The notes under the pieces are model-generated. The model did not search any database. It was given only the letters and a program-made list of their open reading frames with translations, and was not told the origin of the DNA. A stretch of 64,000 bases of DNA, taken from assembly GCA_023421675.1 (NCBI GenBank), contig JAEZTC010000009.1:52408-116407 (forward strand), written 5' to 3'. Below are positions 7,859 through 16,975 of this stretch, one piece after another. Made by a program: the position numbers and the translations under genes. The stretch's first letter is position 1. The number at the start of each line of letters is the position of its first letter. The stretch is from Bacillota bacterium. Lineage in GTDB: Bacteria > Bacillota > Clostridia > Acetivibrionales > JANLFN01.

Positions 7859-9784
7859 TCATTTGCCGAAGAGCTTGAAGAGAACAAGAACAAACATGGC
7901 ATGTGACCATGTAAGAGGTATTACCCATTGGGGCTTTCCATCATCTTTTCCCACCTGTTCAGGCAAAAGTCCGATATCTGTACAACCCTTTACAGCCCAA
8001 TCAAGGTATTCAAAAGCTTTTTGAACGTTACCATTTTCAGCATGATAGAGTGCAGCCCAAAGAGTAGTTAAAATCCAGGGATTACCGCCAATGTAATTAT
8101 CATATTCATATCTTTTTAACCCGCCAATTCCAGGATTAGACAACACCTTTTCAACAAGTTCAACTGTACTTTTAACTCTATAGTCGTCGGTGTACAGAAT
8201 GTCAAAGGGCACACTGATACCAAGCAGGCTTATATCGACAAGCCAATCCTCAAGAGTGACATCTCGCTTATAACCCTTGGGATTTACCTTTACAAAGGTT
8301 GTATTATCACTGTTTTCACGGCCCCAGGGATTAAGCTTTACCCTTATGCTTCTGATAAATCTCTTTTCATTATCCTTCCAGAAGTACTTAATGATTGCTG
8401 CTTCGATATTTTCAGCTGTTGCTATCCACTTTCCAATATAGTCTATGTCCTTGCCAAGAATGCCTGCTATTTCAACACATGCTTTTATTCCTGCCAATAC
8501 TGCGGCCGAAGAGTAAAAATGTTCACCGAATCTTTCTTCCCACAAGTCGAAGCTTTGCAAAGGAAGCCCAGTTTCTTCATCTATAAAATCAGTCATAAAA
8601 TTGACTGCCTTCGCAGCTGTTTCCCACATTTCAGACAGGAAGCTCCTGTCCCCTGTATTTTTGTAATGCCTTAGAATTCCCCATACCAGTGTTCCAGTTT
8701 CATCTATCTGCAAGCCCCAGGAAGGCCCGAGGTTTCCGTCCATGTGATAACGCTGTTCCCACGACCCATCATCATTTTGAACCGAAGCTGCCCATCTGTA
8801 AAATTTATCAACAGACTCATGTAAGCCGCTTTTATCCATTGCTTCAGTTATAAATGCAGCATCCCTGCCCCAGCAATATGCATATCTGCCGCATTTGGTA
8901 AATTCTTCATCTATTTCAGGTGCAGCCAGCAATCCACCGGTTTTTTTGTCGGACATAAGTTTGAAAACCAGGAGAGATCGCCTGTACAGGTCATCCAAAT
9001 CGCTTCTGCCTGTATTAATCACAACTGACTTTTTAAGAAAAGCGTGCCAGTAATCTATAGTTTTCTTTAGTTCTATATCGCTATCCAGCTGTTTAGACTT
9101 TTTCGCTGCATTTTTTACATCCTTGAGAGTATGTGCGGCGGACAGATATAAGTTAAAAATCTTTTTTTCTCCAGGCAGAAATGATCCCAGTTTCCAGAGA
9201 ACAGACCCATCCGGCATCATACCTATGCTGTCAAAGCCATTCAATACAGTACTGCTTGCAGCATCGAAAGCATTATTGCCGAGCTGGAACTGGCAAGCCT
9301 CCCTATCAGCACAAATGGATATATAGTAATTATGTCTGTAATGAATAAGCGCATCGGTATCAAAATCAAACAAAGTACCGGCTAGAGCAGGATTTGTAGT
9401 AATAATGCCCGAATAAGCAGCAAAACCAAGGTTCAATTCATTATTACATATATTTTCAATGTTATAGCTTCTGACAAGAATATCTGATTCAGGGAGTACA
9501 AAATCGGTTTGCGTAATTTTAATACCTCTGTCACGAGCTTCAAATATAGTCTCCACAATATTTGTATCACAAATATACCTTTGAGAATGCTTAAAAATAT
9601 CCCTATCCATCCATAAGGTGCTATTCTCAAATTCGGTGAAATAAATACCCGTAAAAAAATTGTCCATATGCTGCGGATAATCTATATTTGGCCAGAATAG
9701 CCTTACAAGCTCACCCTTATCGCCGAGACAGCCCAGCATGCTGGAATTCCCGACTATTGCACTATTAAAATATGTCTTAGCCAT
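7859..9784 (-). CDS. glycoside hydrolase family 15 (glucoamylase/glucodextranase/trehalase-like), cytoplasmic
   Basis: 641 aa with no signal peptide. It has an (alpha/alpha)6-type C-terminal half with DLWEERFGEHFYSSA (the GH15 WEE catalytic motif) and YCWGRDAAF. Confidence 0.8.
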   Translation of the reverse strand: MAKTYFNSAIVGNSSMLGCLGDKGELVRLFWPNIDYPQHMDNFFTGIYFTEFENSTLWMDRDIFKHSQRYICDTNIVETIFEARDRGIKITQTDFVLPESDILVRSYNIENICNNELNLGFAAYSGIITTNPALAGTLFDFDTDALIHYRHNYYISICADREACQFQLGNNAFDAASSTVLNGFDSIGMMPDGSVLWKLGSFLPGEKKIFNLYLSAAHTLKDVKNAAKKSKQLDSDIELKKTIDYWHAFLKKSVVINTGRSDLDDLYRRSLLVFKLMSDKKTGGLLAAPEIDEEFTKCGRYAYCWGRDAAFITEAMDKSGLHESVDKFYRWAASVQNDDGSWEQRYHMDGNLGPSWGLQIDETGTLVWGILRHYKNTGDRSFLSEMWETAAKAVNFMTDFIDEETGLPLQSFDLWEERFGEHFYSSAAVLAGIKACVEIAGILGKDIDYIGKWIATAENIEAAIIKYFWKDNEKRFIRSIRVKLNPWGRENSDNTTFVKVNPKGYKRDVTLEDWLVDISLLGISVPFDILYTDDYRVKSTVELVEKVLSNPGIGGLKRYEYDNYIGGNPWILTTLWAALYHAENGNVQKAFEYLDWAVKGCTDIGLLPEQVGKDDGKPQWVIPLTWSHAMFVLVLFKLFGK

Positions 9785-10002
9785 TTAGCCTCCATAATTG
9801 AACATCGAGTTTAATAATTAACATTCACCAAAGCCTTTATTTTTACACTAAATTATAACACATAAATATCTTATCCAGCTTGCTGAAAGTTCTGGTCGTA
9901 ATAAATAATTTGCTGCTTTAAGTATAAAATAATAATGTTTAAGAAACAATTTAACTGGAAAAGTGTGTATATATTGCGTTATGAAAACTTCGGAGGTTAT
10001 TG

Positions 10003-11247
10003 ATGAACTCTGTTATATATTGGACAACTCAAGTAATACAAGTATTGATTTTTATCGCTGGATGCTACTTTTTAGGTGTATCGGTTTTCGGATGGATAAA
10101 GTTTAAGGAAGAGCCGGCAGAAAAATATAAGCCGGTTAAAAGATTCGCTTTAGTAGTGGCAGCCCATAATGAGGAAAAGGTAATAGGCCATGTGGTAGAC
10201 AGCCTCTCAAGGCAAAACTATCCCAAGGAGCTTTATGACATATTCGTAATAGCTGACAACTGTACCGATAAGACAGCCGATATTGCCAAAGCTCATGGAG
10301 CCATTGTTTATAAAAGAGTAAATCTTGAGGAAAGAGGCAAGGGTTTTGCTCTTGAATGGATGTTCAGTAAAATATATCAGATGGAAGACAAATACGATGT
10401 TGTAAGCGTTTTTGATGCAGACAACCTTGTTTCTGCAAACTTTCTTCTTGAGATGAACAAGCAGCTTTGCAAAGGACATAAGGTGGTACAGGGTTACATT
10501 GACAGTAAAAATCCCTTTGATTCATGGATTACCTGCTCTTATTCCATAGCTTTCTGGATGTCCAACAGAGTATTCCAGCTTGCAAGATTTTATCTCGGAT
10601 TAAGCTGTGGCCTTTGCGGGACAGGCTTTTGCATCGATCTTGAGGTGCTCAAGAAAATCGGATGGGGTGCAACTTGTCTTACAGAAGATCTTGAATTTAC
10701 AATGAAGCTTGCAATGAACGACATGAAGGTTGGATGGGCTCATAACGCGGTTGTCTATGATGAAAAGCCTTTGACACTCGCACAATCATGGAGGCAAAGA
10801 AAACGCTGGATGCAGGGTCATGCTGATTGTGCAAGCAGATTTTTAAAACCGCTTTTTAAGAAAGCTTTCAAGGATGCCAATTTAACTGCTTTTGATTGTG
10901 CTATTTATCTGTTTCAGCCTATAAGGTTTATATTTATAGGGCTTATAACAATTATGCTGTGGATTCAGACAGTTTTCCCCCAATCCCCGTTTTATACCCT
11001 AAAATATGTTTTCCCAACGGCAGTATGGTATGTATTTGTAACTTTGCAATTCTTTTATGGGCCTTTGATTGTAATGGCCGAGAAGAAATTTAGACTCAAA
11101 ATAGTGTTGGGCTTTTTGATATATCCATTTTACTGCCTGACCTGGGTACCTATAACCATACAGGGCTTTATGAGCAAAAACAATAAAAATTGGAGCCATA
11201 CATCTCACACTAGGGAAATCAGTATAAACGACCTTGAAAAGGCCTGA
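10003..11247 (+). CDS. membrane-embedded family-2 glycosyltransferase (processive-type; FDADN and QRKRWMQGH motifs), paralog A
   Basis: An N-terminal TM helix, a GT-A core (VAAHNEEKVIG...IADNCTDKT...FDADN...TEDLEF...QRKRWMQGH), then C-terminal TM helices. The ATG at 10003 lies 6 nt after GGAGG. It is a paralog of 18886..20139. Confidence 0.85.
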   Translation: MNSVIYWTTQVIQVLIFIAGCYFLGVSVFGWIKFKEEPAEKYKPVKRFALVVAAHNEEKVIGHVVDSLSRQNYPKELYDIFVIADNCTDKTADIAKAHGAIVYKRVNLEERGKGFALEWMFSKIYQMEDKYDVVSVFDADNLVSANFLLEMNKQLCKGHKVVQGYIDSKNPFDSWITCSYSIAFWMSNRVFQLARFYLGLSCGLCGTGFCIDLEVLKKIGWGATCLTEDLEFTMKLAMNDMKVGWAHNAVVYDEKPLTLAQSWRQRKRWMQGHADCASRFLKPLFKKAFKDANLTAFDCAIYLFQPIRFIFIGLITIMLWIQTVFPQSPFYTLKYVFPTAVWYVFVTLQFFYGPLIVMAEKKFRLKIVLGFLIYPFYCLTWVPITIQGFMSKNNKNWSHTSHTREISINDLEKA

Positions 11248-11260
11248 AAGACTTTACTAA

Positions 11261-13111
11261 TTATTTTACCCTAAAATAATTACCTGAGATAATTTCGTCT
11301 GCTTTTTCAAGTCCCTCAATTGCAGTCTGTTTTTCCTTTTCTGAAGCAGCATCTCCTATAAACGTTCCATTTGCAAGGACCGCATAGTTCTTGGTTGTCT
11401 TAAGCAGAATCCGGCCCATTGCAGTATTACTGAATTTATTTTCATCAATACCCATCAAATAAGCAACTGTTGGCATTATATCTACCTGTCCTCCGATAAC
11501 AGGGCTTATTTCACCCTGATAACTCTTTTGATAAATTATAAGAGGCACCCGTTTATTTTCTTCCTGCCACCAGCTTTCAGAGGGTTCGATCTTTTCTATT
11601 TCATCCTGATAATACTTATGCACACCGCAATGGTCACCGTAAACTACAACTACAGTGTTATCCAACATATGATCTTGATCCAGCTTTTCAATGAACTTGC
11701 CTATTTGTTCATCAGTATAATGTACGCTTTGTAAATAGCCTCCCATTTTAGTTGTATCAAAATCTTCTTTTAGTTTTAACTTCCTGTATTTCTGCGGAAT
11801 ATCAAACGGACCATGGCTTGTAAGAGTAACCATAAATGTATAAAAAGGTTGTTTTTGCGCAGCAATTATAGGTTCAACCTGCTTGAAATATGAGCCGTCA
11901 CTAAGCCCTAGACCTATAAGCTCATCCTGTTTAAAGCGTTTTGCATCAATACATTCCTGAAAACCTATTGATTTCAAGGCCGGCATCCAGTTCCAGTAAG
12001 CACCTTTGTCCGGGTGTATTGCAAGTGTGCTGTAACCCTTGGACTGCATCATTAAAGGCAATGAGTTATAGCTATTGTTGGGGAAACGGAAAAATGTGCT
12101 TCCCCTTCTAACAGGATAAACAGAGGTATTTGTCATTAAGTCCGCATCTGAGCTGGTTCCAAGATTAACCTGTTCATAAATATTCGGAATGTATATGCTG
12201 TTTCCAAGCAGCTTGTTTAAGTTAGGAGTTATTTCCTGCCCGTCAATACTTTTACCTATAACAAAGTTTTCCAGTGATTCCACCTGGAGTATAAGCAGGT
12301 TCTTCCCTTTGAATATGCCTTTATACTTGTTGTCGGGGAGATTTTCCTTTTTATCATTGAACCAGTTTTCCAGTTCTTGTCGGCTTGATGTATTGAGTGA
12401 TACCGTCCTAGAATCCTTAAAGTAGGTATAAACATCATATATATGATATCCGATAGGCGAAAGATCTGTTATTGTCTGCGCAGGTGTCCAGCAAGTTTTG
12501 AACAAAAACTGAGGTCCTGTCTTCTGTATATCAAGTTTGTAATGGGCATAGGTAAGTGTCAATACAGGCACAATAATAAAAATCAAAAAATACGGAATGT
12601 TTCTTTTAGTATTCTTGTAAGGTTTTTTTATAAAGAAAGCACCTATGAAAATAACGAGCGAATCAAATATTACAAAAATGTCGAGCGGCCTGGCCATTGA
12701 AAGAATGCTATCACCGAGGTTATCCAGGTTTACAAGCTCACTTAGCTGATGCATTGAAAGAAAAGCCCCGAAACCTCTGAAGTGCCAGATGTCGAATATA
12801 AGTATAATGGAAAAAACAAGGTTAAAAATCGCAAGATACCACATATGCTTTCTGCCTTTTAAAAGCAGACAGAAAGAAAGAGCAATCAGTGCAAAACACA
12901 TGTAAATTATCAGACCGGGCAAAAACTTTGTTATGCTTCCGGCACTTGAAATCTTAAAGCTTGCATTTACAACAAGTGATATAGACAATATGGATTTAAG
13001 AATTATAGCAACAAATGTGTAATGAAATAAAAAATCCTTTAACTGAGATTTAGACCTTATTTTTAAGCCGTTAAAAACTTTTTTTACAAATTCTAATACT
13101 TGCTGTTTCAT
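11261..13111 (-). CDS. LtaS/MdoB-family (sulfatase-fold) polytopic membrane protein, paralog 1 of 4
   Basis: 616 aa with about five N-terminal hydrophobic helices followed by an ectodomain carrying LQVESLENF, GTSSDADLMTNTSVYP and VVYGDHCGVH. This matches the architecture and metal-site motifs of lipoteichoic acid synthase / phosphoglycerol transferase enzymes. Confidence 0.85.
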   Translation of the reverse strand: MKQQVLEFVKKVFNGLKIRSKSQLKDFLFHYTFVAIILKSILSISLVVNASFKISSAGSITKFLPGLIIYMCFALIALSFCLLLKGRKHMWYLAIFNLVFSIILIFDIWHFRGFGAFLSMHQLSELVNLDNLGDSILSMARPLDIFVIFDSLVIFIGAFFIKKPYKNTKRNIPYFLIFIIVPVLTLTYAHYKLDIQKTGPQFLFKTCWTPAQTITDLSPIGYHIYDVYTYFKDSRTVSLNTSSRQELENWFNDKKENLPDNKYKGIFKGKNLLILQVESLENFVIGKSIDGQEITPNLNKLLGNSIYIPNIYEQVNLGTSSDADLMTNTSVYPVRRGSTFFRFPNNSYNSLPLMMQSKGYSTLAIHPDKGAYWNWMPALKSIGFQECIDAKRFKQDELIGLGLSDGSYFKQVEPIIAAQKQPFYTFMVTLTSHGPFDIPQKYRKLKLKEDFDTTKMGGYLQSVHYTDEQIGKFIEKLDQDHMLDNTVVVVYGDHCGVHKYYQDEIEKIEPSESWWQEENKRVPLIIYQKSYQGEISPVIGGQVDIMPTVAYLMGIDENKFSNTAMGRILLKTTKNYAVLANGTFIGDAASEKEKQTAIEGLEKADEIISGNYFRVK

Positions 13112-13154
13112 ACTTACCCCTATTTCAACTATCTTTTATTTAAACTTATTCGTA

Positions 13155-15005
13155 TCATTTATATTCTTTACTGAAATAATCCGATGTTACTATTTTATCA
13201 GCTATATCTATACCTTTCAAAGCCTTATTTTTATTTTCCGCATCTGTGGTTGTGCCCACATAGGCGTAATCATTCAGTACAGCAAAATCCTTATTGGTTT
13301 TTACAAGAATTCTACCCATAGCAGTATTCTTGAAGCTATTCTCATCTATACCCATAAGATAGGCTATTGTAGGCATTATATCTATTTGTCCGCCAGTTAT
13401 GGTAAGTTTTTCGGCAGCAGCATTCTTCTGATAAATTATCAGTGGTACGCGTTTATTCTTTTCAAGCCACCAGTTTTCCTGAGGCTTAATATTGTTCAGT
13501 TCATCCTGGTAATATTTATGAACTCCACAATGGTCACCATATATAACTACTACAGTATTATCAAGTAAATGCTTATTATCAAGCTCATTAAGAAATTTCC
13601 CAATCTGCTCATCAGTATAATGTGCACTCTGAAAATACCCGCCAAGCCTGTTAGAATCCAGGCCTTTATCAAGCTTCATTGTTCTTAATCTTTGCGGAAG
13701 ATTAAACGGGCTATGGCTTGTAAGTGTAACTGCGAAGGTATAAAACGGCTGCTTTTGTGACTCAATTACAGGAACCAGCTGTCTGAAATATGAAGCATCA
13801 CTAAGTCCAAGACCTATCATATCATCCTGAACAAAGTATTTTGAGTCCATTGTTTTCTGGAAGCCTATTGATTTTAAGGACGGAGCCCAGTTCCAGTAAC
13901 CACCCTTATCCGAGTGTATCGCAGTAGTAGTGTAGCCCATTGACTGCATAAGCTTTGGCAGGGAATTGTATTTGTTGTTAGGGTACCTGAAAAAGGTACT
14001 TCCCTTTCGGATGGGATAAACAGACGTATTTGTCATAAGGTCTGCATCCGAGCTGCAGCCGGTATTCACCTGCTCATATATGTTTGAAAAATAAAGGCTG
14101 TTTTTTAATAACCTATTTAAGTTTGGAGTTATTTCCTGACCTTCAACGCTTTGATTTATAACAAAGTTCTCCAGTGACTCTATTTGCAGGATTAAAAGGT
14201 TTTTCCCCTTAAACATGCTCTTATACTTATTGTCGGGGAGATTTTCCTGTTTGTCTTTATACCACTGTGTTATTTCTTTCTTGTCTTTTGAGCTCAGCGA
14301 AGTATTCATATCCTCAAAAAAGAAGGAGTATGCATCTACAAAGTGATAGCCTAAGGGTGAGAGATTGGTTATTGTCTGAGGTGGATTCCAATACTTGTAA
14401 AACAGTCTCTGAGGTCCCGCTTGTTTTACATCAAGCTCATAATATGCAAGTAACAATGTAAGTATTGGTACTATAAGAAAAATAAAAAAGTACGGAACAT
14501 TTCTTTCCGCTTTTTTATAAGGCTTTTTAAAAAATAGAAAAGCAATGAAAATACCTAAAGCATCAATTATAAACAAAAAGTCCCATTGACGTGACATTGA
14601 AAAAATACTGTCACCCAGATTATCCAGGTTAACCAGCTGTCCGAGCTGATGCACCGAAAGGAATGACGCAAATCCTCTGTAGTACCAGATATCAAAAATA
14701 AGAAGTATTGAAAAGACAAGGTTTAATATTACAAGATACCACAGCCTTTTCCTACCTTTAAAAAGAAGAGCAAACGACATGACTATTAGAACAAAGGTAC
14801 TGTATACTACAAGTCCAATAAAAAGCACAAGAAAATTTATCTTACCGGAGGAATTGTTTACTATCAGTACAGTGGTAAGTATGGACTTCAGCAGTATAGC
14901 CAAAAAGGTATAGTGAAAAAGGTAATCTCTTACCTGATTACCCGATTTAGTTTTAAAGTAACTGAAAAAGCGCTTGGTATTAACCAGAAGTAATTCCCTA
15001 TTCAT
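13155..15005 (-). CDS. LtaS/MdoB-family polytopic membrane protein, paralog 2 of 4
   Basis: 616 aa with the same architecture. Motifs are LQIESLENF, GCSSDADLMTNTSVYP and VIYGDHCGVH. It is most similar to paralog 3. Confidence 0.85.
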   Translation of the reverse strand: MNRELLLVNTKRFFSYFKTKSGNQVRDYLFHYTFLAILLKSILTTVLIVNNSSGKINFLVLFIGLVVYSTFVLIVMSFALLFKGRKRLWYLVILNLVFSILLIFDIWYYRGFASFLSVHQLGQLVNLDNLGDSIFSMSRQWDFLFIIDALGIFIAFLFFKKPYKKAERNVPYFFIFLIVPILTLLLAYYELDVKQAGPQRLFYKYWNPPQTITNLSPLGYHFVDAYSFFFEDMNTSLSSKDKKEITQWYKDKQENLPDNKYKSMFKGKNLLILQIESLENFVINQSVEGQEITPNLNRLLKNSLYFSNIYEQVNTGCSSDADLMTNTSVYPIRKGSTFFRYPNNKYNSLPKLMQSMGYTTTAIHSDKGGYWNWAPSLKSIGFQKTMDSKYFVQDDMIGLGLSDASYFRQLVPVIESQKQPFYTFAVTLTSHSPFNLPQRLRTMKLDKGLDSNRLGGYFQSAHYTDEQIGKFLNELDNKHLLDNTVVVIYGDHCGVHKYYQDELNNIKPQENWWLEKNKRVPLIIYQKNAAAEKLTITGGQIDIMPTIAYLMGIDENSFKNTAMGRILVKTNKDFAVLNDYAYVGTTTDAENKNKALKGIDIADKIVTSDYFSKEYK

Positions 15006-15057
15006 CCTGCACCCTCTTTAACCGCAAATTTATATTAATATACAATTTATAATTTTA

Positions 15058-16926
15058 CTACTTTTTCTTATTTGAATATGCCGGGTAAAAATAATTGGAT
15101 GATATTATTTTATCAGCAAAATCAATACCTTTCAAAGCCCAGTTTTTAGTTTTTTCATCAGTAGTAGATCCCACATAGGTACGATTGTTTAGAACTGCAA
15201 AATCCCTGTTTGTATTAACCAGGATTCTACCCATTGCGGTATCTTTAAAGTTATTTTTATCAATCCCCATAAGGTATGATATTGTTGGCATAATGTCTAT
15301 CTGCCCGCCTGTTACCGTTAGTTTTTCTGCAGGCATATTCTTCTGATAAATAATGAGCGGTACACATCTATTCTTCTCCAGCCACCAGTTTTCCTGCGGC
15401 TTTATATTGTATAGCTCATCTTGGTAATACTTGTGAACACCGCAATGATCGCCATAAATAACTACAACGGTATTGTCAAGTAAGTGGTTTTGATCAAGCT
15501 CATCAAGAAACTTTCCGATTTTTTCATCTGTATAGTGAAAACTTTGGAAATAACCTCCGAGCTTTGTAGAATCAAACTCTTTATCAAGGTTCAGAGATCT
15601 ATACTTTTGTGGAATATTAAATGGTCCGTGACTGCTCAGTGTTACTATGAAATTAAAAAATGGCTGCTTCTGTGAAACAATCTTAGGTACCAATTGCCTG
15701 AAATATGAGCCGTCACTAAGTCCAAGGCCTATTTCCTCATCATGTACAAAGCTCTTTGAATCTATGCACTTCTGGAAACCTATTGATTTTAATGCAGGCA
15801 TCCAATTCCAATAGCCTCCCTTATCGGAATGTATTGCCGTAGTACTATAACCCATTGACTGCATGAGTTTGGGCAGGGAATTATATGTATTGTTTGGATA
15901 CCTAAAAAATGTACTTCCCTTTCTTATTGGATACACAGAAGTGTTTATCATTAAATCTGCATCCGAGCTGGTTCCAAGGTTTACCTGCTCATAAATATTA
16001 GGGAAATAGATGCTGTTCTTTAATATCCTGTTCAGGGTTGGGGTTATTTCCTCTCCATTAATACTTTGGTTTATGACAAAGTTTTCAAGAGATTCTACCT
16101 GTAAAACTAAAAGGTTTTTACCCTTGAACATGCCTTTATACTTATTATCGGGGAGGTCCTCCTGTTTATCCCTATACCATTGTTCAATCTCTTTCTTTTC
16201 TTGAGAACTGATAGATGAAGCGCTTAAATCCTTAAAATAGGAGTAAACATCAAAAAAGTGGTATCCGATTGGTGACAAATCCGTTATAGTTTGTGCAGGC
16301 GTCCAAAAAGTATCAAACAATCTCTGGGGTCCGACTTTTTTTATATCCATTTCATAATGCGCAATTGATAAAAGTACTATCGGTACCATAAGAAAGATAA
16401 AGAAATATGGTACATTTCTTTTAATATTTCTATATGGCTTCTTTACAAATATACTTGCAATAAGAATTCCTATCGCATCAATAACAAAAAGAAAGTCCCA
16501 CTGTCGTGACATTGAAAAAATACTATCCCCAAGATTGTCCAGGTTGACAAGCTGCCCAAGCTGCTGAACCGAGAGAAATGCTCCAAAGCCCCTGTAATAC
16601 CATATATCAAAAACTAGCAGTACTGAAAATACAAGATTTAATATTACAAGATACCACAGACGTTTTCTCCCTTTAAAAAGAAGAGAAAAAGACATGGTAA
16701 TTAATACAAAGGTACTGTATAACACAAATCCTGCAAGCAACACTAGTAGGTTTAAATTTTTAATATCTGAAGAATCATTTACTATCAATGCTGTTGAAAG
16801 AATTGATTTTATCAATATTGATAAATAAGTATAATGAAATAAATAATCTCTGACCTGATCACCTGATTTAATTTTAAAGTAACTGAAAAAACGTTTTATA
16901 TTAGCTTGCAGTAATACCCGATTCAT
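15058..16926 (-). CDS. LtaS/MdoB-family polytopic membrane protein, paralog 3 of 4
   Basis: 622 aa. Motifs are LQVESLENF, GTSSDADLMINTSVYP and VIYGDHCGVH. It shares the C-terminal tail NYFYPAYSNKKK with paralog 4. Confidence 0.85.
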   Translation of the reverse strand: MNRVLLQANIKRFFSYFKIKSGDQVRDYLFHYTYLSILIKSILSTALIVNDSSDIKNLNLLVLLAGFVLYSTFVLITMSFSLLFKGRKRLWYLVILNLVFSVLLVFDIWYYRGFGAFLSVQQLGQLVNLDNLGDSIFSMSRQWDFLFVIDAIGILIASIFVKKPYRNIKRNVPYFFIFLMVPIVLLSIAHYEMDIKKVGPQRLFDTFWTPAQTITDLSPIGYHFFDVYSYFKDLSASSISSQEKKEIEQWYRDKQEDLPDNKYKGMFKGKNLLVLQVESLENFVINQSINGEEITPTLNRILKNSIYFPNIYEQVNLGTSSDADLMINTSVYPIRKGSTFFRYPNNTYNSLPKLMQSMGYSTTAIHSDKGGYWNWMPALKSIGFQKCIDSKSFVHDEEIGLGLSDGSYFRQLVPKIVSQKQPFFNFIVTLSSHGPFNIPQKYRSLNLDKEFDSTKLGGYFQSFHYTDEKIGKFLDELDQNHLLDNTVVVIYGDHCGVHKYYQDELYNIKPQENWWLEKNRCVPLIIYQKNMPAEKLTVTGGQIDIMPTISYLMGIDKNNFKDTAMGRILVNTNRDFAVLNNRTYVGSTTDEKTKNWALKGIDFADKIISSNYFYPAYSNKKK

Positions 16927-16975
16927 TCTACCCGTACCCCTTATACCTCAAACCAATTCAATAACAGTAGTTCGC

